A stretch of 63,448 bases of DNA, the filler included, from Collodictyon triciliatum (lineage: Eukaryota): NCBI GenBank assembly GCA_043381765.1. It is 7 parts of 7 records of this genome, joined end to end, with 100 filler letters (N's around TTAATTAATTAA, not from the genome) between each part and the next. Parts side by side here need not be neighbours in the genome. Positions count along the whole stretch, not along the records: positions 34,211 to 45,492 come from JBHJMP010002439.1; positions 45,593 to 56,883 come from JBHJMP010002440.1; 5 more parts are not named here. One strand, given 5' to 3'. Position numbers and translations under genes: made by a program. Shown in pieces: positions 37,982 through 50,234 of this stretch; position 1 is the first letter of the stretch; the number at the start of each line of letters is the position of its first letter. Below the pieces are notes generated by a model. The model was not told where the DNA came from. It saw only the letters and a program-made list of their open reading frames with translations, and ran no database searches.

Positions 37982-39726
37982 AATTAAAACTGAGCCATGT
38001 GTTTTATCTCTCGGATGCAATAACTATATCCAATCCAAGTGATTTGGCCATTACCCCACTAATATATATCATACAGTCTTAAACAATATCCTTTTCTTTT
38101 TGGTATTTTGATATTTTCTATCCTGTAAAAGCTTAGTATGAAACAAGTACAAAACGACCACCAAAAATATGTAGGCAGTGGAACAAATATTATTGAGTGA
38201 CGCCGAACATCTGGATTCTGATAGAGATGGCATGTCCGCAGATGGCACTGTATTGTAGCCACGCCAGTCAAAGACCAAACCAGGAAACTACCTGGCCAAG
38301 ACACGAACCACGTCCCTCTAACGTCTCATTTTCATCTTTCTATCCTACTTGACCTAAGTATCAAGTTGTTCTCTGAAATATATCGCTCAATATTCCTCCA
38401 ATCCTTATTTATTTCATTAGTGTTTGAATAGAGGGAAAGTATATAAACATTTGTCTGTCCCACCAAATCCAAAATTATGTGGATGGAAAAAAATCCAGAT
38501 AGTGTCCGAATCCATAACTTTCAAATAGCACACGCGATGTGTATCAGTTCATTGTTGACTCAAGGATCCATTATATTGAGGCCATTACAAAACCTTGCCA
38601 CAGCGATGGGCTACTGAACAAAAGCGTGGGTTGTGAATTGGGAAAATGAATTATACAGTTATGGAAACTATATTATATAGTTCTAATATTACAAAATGAG
38701 TTCAATTATTTCCATACAAATTGATATTTTAATGACTAGATAGTATGTAAACACTCAGAAAGTGAATATTTATTCCTTGACAACACATCGATGAAATTAT
38801 ACTAATGTGGAACCAGATGAACTACCCAAAAAAGGCCGCAATGTGGCGCAGCCCGACCGTTGTAACCGCCGTCCGAAACAGGCCGGGGTCATAGACAAAG
38901 CCCATCAACAAGCCAACCGACTTTCCCACATCTCACGCCCGCATTGTGGACGCACGAAAGAGACCCACGCGGAGAGAATGCAGGCCATTTCAAACAGACA
39001 AATACGAGTTGCGCCAAACATAGAGAAAGAGAAAGAGAGAGAGAGAGAGACAAAGACTTTCTGGAAGACATAGTAAACGTGGGTGTGTTTCTGGCTGGGG
39101 AGAGACGTGAGATTCGCTCCAGAAACACAGCGGGAGAAGACTCACAATGAAGAGTTTTGCGCTGTTTTGTGTGAGGCGGGCTTTCAGAATCAACCATTCT
39201 CTGTAATTGACCAGCAAGGTTCGATTCAGGATATGGCCGGGTGCTTTATTTAACTTGAATAACATAAAAGCTGTGTGTCGCAGAAGCGAAGACTTTTTGG
39301 TGTAGCTTTATTCCCTTGTCCTTCCATCTATCATAATGTCTTGGCATGTTTTACACTGATCTCGTATGTACATATATTTTTAATGAGGAAGAGCTCTGAC
39401 TCTCACTCCTCTCAAATCATTCTGACTCCGTTTGGCGTTAAGAAAATAATAATCATAATCAAGGAATAAGGTCCACCTCACCGATCTAGAAACGAAGTAC
39501 GCTAACAGCACTCATCAACCGATAGTTATAGGGCCACGCAGTCCGATAATAAAGCACGAGCCAAACGAAACCAAAGCTGCAAAGAGAATAGAATCCAGTT
39601 GAAGCCTCAAAGACAAATACTCTACTCAATCTACAACCGCTGATCAAAGTCAACGCCCCAACACACAGGCCGTGTTTCGCCAAGTTTTCTTCTAACAGTC
39701 CACACTAACCAGCCCTGCCAGAAAGA

Positions 39727-42532
39727 ATGAGCTGCTGCTTCGGACCGCGCAAGGGAAAAGTCGCCCCAACAAATCCAAGTCCAGCAGAACCTTCCCGCAC
39801 ACAGCCAGAACCTGTTGTCCAGAAGATTCCTCCTCAGAAAGCGCCCGAGACGATCCCTCCCCAGAAAGCACCTGAGAAAGCACCCGAGAAAGCACCTGAG
39901 AAAGCACCTGAGAAAGCAGCTGAGAAGGCACTCGAGAAAGCACCTGAAAAAGCACCTGAGAAAGCAGCTGAAAAGGCACTCGAGAAAGCTGTTGAGAAAA
40001 TCCCAGAGAAAGCGCCTGAACAAGCACCCGAAAAAGTAGTGGAAAAAACTCCAGAGAAAGCACCAAAGACGGAAGGGATCAGCGGGCGCGTGGTTCTTCC
40101 TGCGATCGAACCCCAAACAATTAACACTCCGACTAAGATGCATGATGAAGAGAGTAAAAATGAGGAATCCAAGGCCATCGAGGTGGCCGCAGATGAAGAG
40201 ACCGACACCGCTGCTGCTGCGCTTGTTGTGACAGAAGGTTTTTCATTTCATTATCATTATCATTATCATTTTCATTAACATTTTTCATTAACATTTTTCA
40301 TTAACATTTTTCATTAACATTTTTCATTAACATTTTTCATTAACATTTTTCATTAACATTTTTCATTATCATTTTTCATTATCATCTTTCATTATCATCA
40401 GCCTAACCCTTTGTTTAATGAAAAGGCATTACATAATTCAACCATATTTTATTTGTTAAAAGCCCTCATCTCAATTCAAAAAAAAATTACCAGAAACAAA
40501 TGACACCCCTGAAGCACAGCCCGACAATGCAGAGCCTAACATTCCTGTCCGTTCCCGCGCCAATCGCCACGGTTCCATTGCAAACATCCCCATGTTGGAC
40601 TTTGGTACAGAAGATATCACCGACCGCGAGCGTGATGCATCCACGATGCTCAACAAGCTACGACAGGAATACCAGCGCCTTGTGAGCTACAGAAACGGAA
40701 ATCAGCATCTCACAACCATCCTCGAGCGTGCAAAGAAGGGGCTGATCAACGCGCTCGAGTTTGCCACTAAAGACGAAGAAAAACTCTCTGGCATGTCCCA
40801 CGAGGAGCTTGACGAGCTTGAAGACGGACTGATGGGCGCGCTCAAGAGACTTGTGCAGTATAACACTAAAAAGGCCGAGTTGATTGTGGACACACAGCAG
40901 GCAGCTGACAAGCTCAAGGAATTTCAGGAAGAGCTCAAGAGTACTCAGAAAAAATTGGAGGAACATCTTCAGGCTGTTAACTCCAAGGATGACGAACTGC
41001 AGAAGGACATAGAGAAGTGCCATGCAAAGAAGGCCATGCTCTCTGAGAAGTTGAAGGATGATGACTCGGGCATCACTATTGCTCGGATTGGGCGCGTGGA
41101 CCAGGCTCTGGCCAAGGCCACCGAGTTCCATGCTGTCTTTGATGGCGTGCGCACCATCCTTGTTGCTGGAATTGCAGAAATCACAGATGTCTTCCAAAAG
41201 AACATCGACGGGGAAACGCAGAAAGTGTCAGCTACACTCGTCCAGCTGAATGAACCAGATGCTTGGGCTGAAGACATCGGTGCAAAGTTGCATCGCATCA
41301 AGTCTGAGGTCACAGAAGCGAAGAAAGCAAGCAGTACATCTAAACAGAACGAAGAGAAGCATGAAGAGAAGCATGAAGAGAAGCATGAAGAGAAGCATGA
41401 AGAGAAGCATGAAGAGAAGCATGAAGAGAAGCATGAAGAGAAGCATGAAGAGAAGCATGAAGAAAAGCATGAAGAAAAGCATGAAGAAAAGCATGAAGAA
41501 AAGCATGAAGAAAAGCATGAAGAGAAGCCGAGTGAGGCAACACCTGAGCAGCCAGTAGAGCCAGTACAAGAAGCGCCCCGTGCCGCACCGAAAATACCCG
41601 CCATGCCGATGTTTGTTGTCGCATCGGAGGAGGAAACCTCGAAAGAGCGCATCGCAGCGCAGCAAACCATGAAGCTATTATCCGAACTGGACGGATATCG
41701 AACGGTGGACGACCAATGCGGACGGACAATTAACCTCTCTGTTCGCTGCCGAAGGGCACTGGATAGCGACATCAATGACCTGAGGACATCGCTTGCACCG
41801 CTGGACCAGGACCCACCCGGCGAGGTTCAGAACGTCGCGATTATCAAGTCAATCATCCACTCTGCCGACAAAAAGTTTATCAGCTTCCGCAAGATGGTGG
41901 AGACGGCCAAGCGGGACGTGATGCAAGGAGTGCGCGGGAAGCAGGAGCTGAGCGAGCGGGCGGTGGATGTGCGCAAGGCCCTGAGCGAAGAGCTTGACGA
42001 AGTCAAGAAGGAGGTTGAATCCGAGGGGCAGAAGCTGGAGGCCAAGCAGAAGACACACGAGGCCATCAAGGCCCGAATCGAGGCAGAAGGAGACGCAGGA
42101 CTGCAGGCCGACATAGCCCGCTCCGAAGTGGAGCTGCGTGAAGTGGAGGACCATGTCCTTGCCCAGCAGAACCGCATCGAATTCCTCAAGGCGCGGCTGC
42201 ACGAGATCGACAGCCGCCTTGTCCCGCAGCTGGCCGCCTCTCGGGCCAAAGACGATGAGATGAACCCCGCGCTCGATGAGTTCCGAGCCTCCTTTGACGG
42301 GTACTTGGTCGTCCTTCGCGAGCTGAAAAACAAGATACGGACGCTGCCGGCCACCGAGGACGTCAAGCAGGAGGCCGACTTTGACAAGGAGTTTATGGCT
42401 GCGGTGGGCGGTCTGGTCAAGGACGAGGACTTTGACGATGCAAACGGGGCGGGCAGCCACGCTCCGGCCGGTGGGTTGTCTATCGGCCACGAGACGCACG
42501 GCTCTGTGGCAAGAGGGATGATGAAGGATTAG
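39727..42532 (+). CDS. Coiled-coil protein with N-terminal di-Cys, (EKAP)n and (HEEK)n repeats
   Basis: Exons 39727-40237 and 40494-42532 join in phase (GT 40238, AG 40492-40493). Starts MSCCFG; two long E/K/L heptad regions. Confidence 0.8.
40268..40385. repeat. Intronic 13-mer minisatellite (TTTTCATTAACAT)n
   Basis: About 8 tandem copies. Confidence 0.9.
41351..41528 (+). repeat. Coding 12-mer tandem repeat encoding ~14 x HEEK
   Basis: GAAGAGAAGCAT units followed by GAAGAAAAGCAT units. Confidence 0.95.
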
Positions 42533-43031
42533 CCTGGAGCTCTTTGTCTGTGCAATGAATGGACACGCTGCGCTTAGTATTATTCCTTCACCTTCCCCTC
42601 CCACCTTTTTATTTTCCCTATTCCGTTTTCTCTTTACTCTATTTTTGGAATTCTATTTGCCTCTTGCTCGCTTATTGCTGTTTCGCATCCACTTTTCTTC
42701 ATCTTATCATATTTTTTTTTCTCTCGCTCGCTCCCTCTCTCTAACACCCGATACACCATTCTGTTTCACATTGCTGCACGTTACAAGTTCGTTCTGCCTG
42801 TTTTTTTCTTCTTTCTTTCTTTTTAAACTCTCTTTCTTTAAGAAAGAATCATTTATAAACAAGATATCTCATACTTCTAGACGGATGGGGCCGGGTACGT
42901 GAGTAATTTCATAGCTTGTTAATGTACATTCCCATGAATGCATTTCCCGTCTCTGTCTCTCTGTCTCTCTGTCTCTCTTTCTGCCTCACTCTCTCTCTAG
43001 GCGCACCGGTGATTGCAATGCGTCTCTGCAC

Positions 43032-43851
43032 CTACGTGCCGATGTGGGGATGGTTCACGTACGACAGCGCGCGGGTGTTGTATGAGCCGCAGCTTGGGCA
43101 TTTGTGGTAGATAAAGTGGAACGAGGTTTGGGAGCGTTGTTCGCAATCGTTGCAGAGGATATTGGAGCGTGTGTTTCTTTGGGGGGATTGGTAAGTCTTG
43201 ATTTAATTTGATTGATGTGTTTGATTGATTTAATATGATTTTTTTGTTTGTTGTTGATGTTTTTGATTTGATTTGATTTGATTTGATTTGATTTGATTTG
43301 ATTTGATTTGATTTGATTTGATTTGATTTATGGGTATAATTACCTGTATTCGTGGGGCATGTCTTGCGTGGACATGAAGATGTCCATCTGTTGGATGTAG
43401 TTTGTCATGTTGCCGACGGACTTGAAGCAAATTGGACACTACAGACAAGTGTGTGCGTGAGTTCAAAGCCATACTCCCAGCATGGCCAGTTTTTTCGTTT
43501 GGAACGAATGCGCACGACAGAGGCCGAGTGAGCCGAGCAGAGTCATTATTGAAGCAAGGACGTTTGGCTTTGTGGGTGGGGCGAGAAGCATACCGTGTAG
43601 TTGTATTGGATGTACTGTTGGTAGCAGGAGCGGTGGATGCAGTGGCCGCACGGCATGTACAGCAGCGGCGTGGTTGAGTTGAACATAATCTCGTGGCAGA
43701 TGGGGCAGTTCGACTCGAGGGTGTGTTCGATGCAGCGATGCTCGCGCAGAGACATTGGCATGCAGGCGCTGCATTTCATGCAGTGGAAGTAGTCGATGCC
43801 GAGACCCTGAATGAATGAATGAATGCATCCATCAAACAAGCTAACAGGTCT

Positions 43852-43949
<98 letters not shown>

Positions 43950-45290
43950 CAGCCATAGATATATATATATATTCTTTTTCCGGCATCCGAAATCAATCCA
44001 CCCGCGTGAGTCGGGCGGTTGCTCGGATTGATGGGTATGTGGGAGGGAAAGGGTGTGTGTATGGAAAGAAGCCTTTGTTGCCACGGATAAGAGCGGTGTG
44101 TGTGTGTGTGAAGCGAAGCGTGTTTGCTTATTCTAGAGGGAGAATGAGGTGGATGTGGAAGAGAACGAAGAGGAGAGGGAAGAACTTGGCCCACGCGGCA
44201 GCAGTTGCAGTGGTAGCAGTGGTAGCTCGTTCTGCTTCTCGAGTCATCAAAAAACTTGCAAATGTCGCAGTAATAGAGTGCCACCCGAACGTGGCAGTCC
44301 ACACAATTACGACTCGTTGGCTGCACACACATACATGCCATGCACATCATCTCCTTTGTGGCATATCTGCAAAAAGTGTGTATTTGTGTCATGTTTGAAC
44401 TAACTGCGAAAGTACTGATTCATAAAATTAATTAACTAATCAATCAATTAATACCATTGTATGATTATTTTTTTTATTTTACTATGTTCGATAGTGCAGA
44501 ATTAATGATTCAGTATTTCTCTCATTTGTATATGCGTTTTTTTAAAATATAGAAATCATCACATATATTTCTTTTATTCTTTGTGAAACCAAGAAAAAGT
44601 ATATACAGTAACACTTTTAATCAAATGAGAGCGGAAAAGCAAAGTACAGTAGAATAAACCTGTCTATCTCATGGTCGGACGTCTCGTCGTGGCAAAAGCG
44701 ACAAGGGAAAAGGCGGCCACAGCACTCAGCACGAATCTTACAACCAACACGATAGTGTTTACATCCATAAACAGTTTCGGATGAATCCTGGTCAATATAA
44801 CAAGATTACCAACACATTTTTTTTTATCTAGCATCCAAATCAAAGTGAAAGAAGCAACCTGATAAAAGTATGAAGTCATCGAATTGGAATTAAAAAAAAA
44901 AAAAAAAGAAAAAAAAAAAAAAGGGTTGATACAAAACATCAGCACGTAAAAAAAAAATAATGTAAAAATAAAGATTAAAAAATAAAGGGTTGATACAAAA
45001 CATCAGCACGTAAAAAGATTAAAAAAGATTAAAAAAGATTAAAAAAGATTAAAAAAGATTAAAAAAAGATTAAAAAAATAAAGATAATCATTTTCACCCG
45101 ATAACTTGGCTGCAGGTCTTCTGGCCTTGTTGACCAAGTTTTCGGGCCTTTTGGTGAAGACGATTCAGCCACTTCGTATGTTCGACCCGAAACCAACGCC
45201 TGAGAAGTATTCACGGATAAACAATAGGGTTCGACATGCCTGACAGAAAGGTGCTGTCTTCGACTGTGGATTTGCTTGTCTGCCACATTA
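43032..45290 (-). CDS. RCHY1: RING finger and CHY zinc finger E3 ligase (Pirh2-like); 5' end uncertain
   Basis: CHY (GCKHYRVGCKIRAECCGRLFPCRFCHDE; CMACMCVQP..CVDC...YYCDICKFFDD), CTCHY (YHCYHCNCCRVG/GLGIDYFHCMKC), RING-H2 (CIEHTLESNCPICHE..MPCGHCIHRSC) and zinc ribbon (ILCNDCE...HKCPSCGSYNT). Confidence 0.93.
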
Positions 45291-45399
45291 CTTTTTGACT
45301 CCTCAGACAGGGTCGAATGATAGATTTTGGGCGGAAGAAAGAAAAGAAAAAAGAAAAAAGAAAAAAGAAAAAAGAAAAAAGAAAAAAAAGAAAAAAAAG

Positions 45400-45453
<54 letters not shown>

Positions 45454-45492
45454 AAAAAAAGAAAAAAAAGAAAAAAAAGAAAAAAAAGAAAA

Positions 45493-45592
45493 NNNNNNNN
45501 NNNNNNNNNNNNNNNNNNNNNNNNNNNNNNNNNNNNTTAATTAATTAANNNNNNNNNNNNNNNNNNNNNNNNNNNNNNNNNNNNNNNNNNNN
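45493..45592. other. Artificial contig linker
   Basis: N44-TTAATTAATTAA-N44. Confidence 0.97.
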
Positions 45593-46337
45593 GTTGTTTT
45601 GCGGATCAGACGGAACCACCGGCTTCAGCTGAGAATCCATCCTGCTTGTGAGGAAAAGGTGGGGTTTCTTCCTTTCAGTCATATGCTCGCACAGAGGAAA
45701 ACAAACAAAAGCGCAGCCGCCTACAGTTGGGCAGTAATTTCTTATATCGCTGCATTAAATAGACAAGAGAAAAGGGTGTCGCTGCTTGCCGTGATATGTC
45801 GCGATACGAGACAAGTAGAATGGTGCAGAACTTTGCTGCTTGTGATAAGAGGCAAAATATAAAAATAAAAAAAAATAGTTTGTTCGGTTGTGACTTTCTG
45901 AATGGCAAAGTATTCATTGCAAATGCGGAATTTAAAGCTCCAGATATCTTGAGACTCATTTTGTTATTGAATTCTATCAAGATACCAAAATCTATTGCAA
46001 AAATATATTTGATACTTTTTGTATATGTTTGATTTTTGGTGATAGGGCGTTGTCATGTTTCCTTCGCGTGGTTTGCCCACCATTCAAGCGCTTTGACTCT
46101 GATCATGATAGAAGAAAAACCCAAAAGCTTCGGAAAGCCCAGGGCGTGCGGGATGAGGGAGTGTTTCTAAACAGGCGAATCATCTTTGCCAATCTGTGGT
46201 TTTCCGTTGTTGTTTTATGTTCTTTGTCAAAGGAAGCGAGCGTCAAAGCCACAGGGCTATAGAGAAAGGATTCTACATAGGCAACCTTGCCGTCAGACAA
46301 AAGCGGGACCCCAGCTGTGAGAGATTACTTCCAATCT

Positions 46338-46827
<490 letters not shown>

Positions 46828-47899
46828 TTAGTTGGTTGGCAGGTTTTCGGGCTGGTCGCTGGGTTTATTTCACAGAACTTCCCTGTTTTCTTAAATGTGT
46901 AAACGAGTCCCACACGGACAAAAACTTCAAAAATATTGCTTCGCGCTTTATACAGCCGAAAAGTTCTGTGACAGGGCGACCGTTGGTAACTTCGGGTTGC
47001 TTATGAGCTGATATCCTATTGCACCTAACTGTATATCGAATGTTCTAGAACCGTGGGAGCAACGTGGGCGCTTCCTCCTGAATCGCACGTATGTGCGTGA
47101 GCTCCATTAGTTTTGTATTGACAGTTTGCTTCATCCCCTACTCATGCCAGTTTTATTAGCAATAAACTCCAATAATAAATATATTCCAGATATAGATACT
47201 ATTCTTTCTTGCTCTCTTATGTGGCAGTTTGTGTGCCTACGGGCAGTTTTTTTTTATGAGACACAAGAAGATGTGACATGTTCAATGAATGGATGGATAA
47301 AATAATGTGATTTTAGAATGGCGACCGCACAACAACACAACTACGTGAATTCGCCGTGACCCAACAGCCGGGAGAGGCCCACAACCTTGGCGACACAACA
47401 GCATTCTTAATGTGGAGAAATATATTCGATGACATACTGGACATGACAGCTGATATGTGTGACTCATATTCGCCATAATGTGTAAACTATGGATTTTGAA
47501 TGCTCGCTCGCTACTTAATCAACACCTTCCTCGGGCAAAAATGAATTCAGTTTCGTCGAACGGCACACACACGGCGACGTTCTATTCCACTTCAAAAAAA
47601 TTTCAAAATAGGATAAAAAGATTCATCTTACATAACTAGATTCTTAAATATGTATATCCATGAGAGTTGCGGAATGAGTTAACCTGATGATTTATTTTGG
47701 TGAGCACAAAGAAAAATAAGGTAAATCAGGCAAGGAAAATAGTACCGGGCTTGACTCACTCGGTGTATGTGTGCACGGGCATATATCAAATATGGTTACG
47801 AAATAAAAATTGGACGAGACCCTTTACCAGATTCGAATAAATAAAGCAAATAGAATATTTACAGATTGAGCTTCTAGTTCAAACCATCATAATATGGTT

Positions 47900-49910
47900 A
47901 CTTTATGAATATCATGATATCTTTTTCTTTCAAGGAATGACATAGGAGATAGCTAGGATTTGTAAATGACTTTGTTTTCAGAGTTCATTTATACTATTAT
48001 CTAGATACGTGTAAGGCAAAGAGAATATACAGCTGTAAAAAAAAGTGAAGTGGTTTTGACTGTCTACTTCGAGGTGATTATTTTACATCTGTCTGCATAT
48101 CAACCCAAATGAACTCAAACTTTGCTTTTTGCTGGGCATGCGTTTTGGCAGCATCGGACATGGAAATCGAGCCATCGATTAGTGCGCCGGTTAACAGGTC
48201 ATTCAAACCTCCTATGTGGATAATAGGTTAAGAAACTAGTCAAGTTGTTGAGTAATAAGATGCCAAAAGAAAAAAACCAGACTGGGAGAAATGTATTCAA
48301 ACCTTTTCGGCATCTCTTGGCATACTGTAGCCCACACGCATTGCACAATCTATTAGGGAGCATTAATTATTAGAGAAAAGAAAGTCCTTTGAACAGATAC
48401 CGCAATCAAATTGGACTGAATCATTCTACGAGTGAATGTTTTGCTTTCGATACACCACGTACGTTCTTGAACCGTTTGGTCCCTTTCTCCATTCTGGCGT
48501 GTCCGTAGCTCCGCAAAACTGACATACTATCAATATATCACCGTATCTCTTCTAAACAAATGATAAAATGTAAACATCATGCTAAATCAGCATGAAAACG
48601 TGATTATATTATTAAATTGTGATTAAGCGATGCTAAATATCCAACCTTCGTCTGACGAGCCTTCGATTTTTTGTGCGCTTCATCCAAGACAAGACGTTCA
48701 TCACTGATAGGGCCGTTGTATATCAAAGACGAGGGACCGGACGTAGCCCGACCCTCGCTGCTCTGAGATGGAGTTGCGGACTGAATGGTCTCAGCTGTGG
48801 GATATATGGAACAGCAATCAAGGTCCCTGTCGTCCAGCAAGTGTGAATGCTCCCTTTCCTTGTCTTTATCCTCCGAGCTGCCGAGAATTGACCTGTGCTT
48901 TTGGCAATACTGCAGAGCAAACCGAATCGCTGAGCCCAACTCGATCAGGCTCATGTAAGCACGGATCGATTCAACGCGGTTGATGTAACCATTGTCGATT
49001 ATTCTTGAAAGAGTAGGTGTCAGATCTTGGGTGAATTCAGTCACCTAAGGTAAAGGGAAAGGTTTGTTGCCCTCGTTAGCTGGCCTGCACGAGCGCGTTT
49101 TCAGCAGTCTCTCAAACATAGGCGTGAAGCCGTTATGGATTGCAAAGACAAACCCGCTTCCAGTTCCAATAGTTGTCTTCATCTATGAAGCTGTGGGCCA
49201 TTCTTGTATTTACGTCTCCTTCGGGTCTGATCTAAAGCAAGAGAGAGAGAAACAAAACAAAACAAAACAATATTTTTTTTAAAAAAAAAATAACTAGAGG
49301 TTCACAGATCAGCCATCGTAATGCCCCTGATCCAAACAGGAAACCACCACTCTTTTCACAACCCACTCGACCAAACAAACAAAGAGCAGAGCAAAAGAAG
49401 CGAGATTTTGCAGTCGCTTCTCCATTTTGATCCACACTGGCCAAAACAAATCGATGCTGGTTGAAGGGTTGCAACAAGTCCACTTTGGACGGACGAACCG
49501 GCTGCATGAAAACACCAGTGTCGAATGCGGGGCCAGCAATTGGGCTTGCGATCCGCTTCGCTTTCCAGAACGTGGGTCAGACGGAACAGACCCGAGATGC
49601 GGACGACCGTGGGACGAAGAGGTTGGCTTATGTATATTCTTTTGGTTTTCGATTTTGGTTTTGACTTTGGTGCTGCCAGCAAAGAGATTTGCGAGACAAA
49701 CTGGATCGATGTGGAAAGTGAAGAATCGCTACTCAATCGCAAATAGATTTTTTTTTGCTTTTGTTTCTTTAATGGAAAATCCGTTCTCCAAGGCTTTTGT
49801 TCCTCGGAAAACTGGAGAATAAATCTCGCAATCTGAACGCATTGACAGTTTCGTGCTCATCGCGCGATGCAATACCCGATTAGCTCGATTCAATCGAGAT
49901 GAGGACATAT
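47900..49910 (-). CDS. Unknown multi-exon protein
   Basis: Exon-like blocks with GT-AG ends, e.g. IRPEGDVNTRMAHSFIDEDNYWNWKR spliced to VTEFTQDLTPTLSRIIDNG... (~48645-49044). Family not recognised; ends uncertain. Confidence 0.45.
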
Positions 49911-50234
49911 GTGGAATGCGCAATTGCCTGTTTGGGTTTCGTCTGGCGATTCGAGGGTGCAGTGTCAAGACAAATGTGGAAGTGTAAGAAATTCCGAGAA
50001 GATAATCGAGATGCAGGCGCTTGCAATCGTGGCGTTTCCTGGTTCCATGTTGCGAGTTGCGTTCATTCGGTCGTGGGTGATGCTGTGGATGATAGTTGCC
50101 TGTAAGCCAACAGTGATGGATGTGAGAACAGCAAGGTTTATTGAAAGCAGGTTTATCTTTTTGTTGAGGAGCGAAGGCAAGTTAGTTTATTATGTGCGTC
50201 CAAGTCCAAGTCCAAGTCTAAGTCCAAGCTGGGC

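Noticed and set aside
40268-41528. Tandem 12-13-mers as CRISPR-like arrays
   Set aside because: No unique spacers, no cas genes, eukaryotic context.
40658-42604. Long antisense ORFs over the coiled-coil gene, and overlapping ORFs at 13.1-14.0 kb
   Set aside because: Shadows of GC-rich or repetitive coding sequence with no independent motifs.
120-45290. Hemerythrin plus CHY/RING as a BRUTUS/HRZ-like iron-sensing module
   Set aside because: The two genes are on different artificially joined scaffolds.
43776-45548. Poly-K/F/I/N ORFs here and at 8.8, 11.1, 19.2, 51, 58.7, 59.4, 61 and 62.3 kb
   Set aside because: Translations of microsatellites and homopolymer tracts, mostly intronic.
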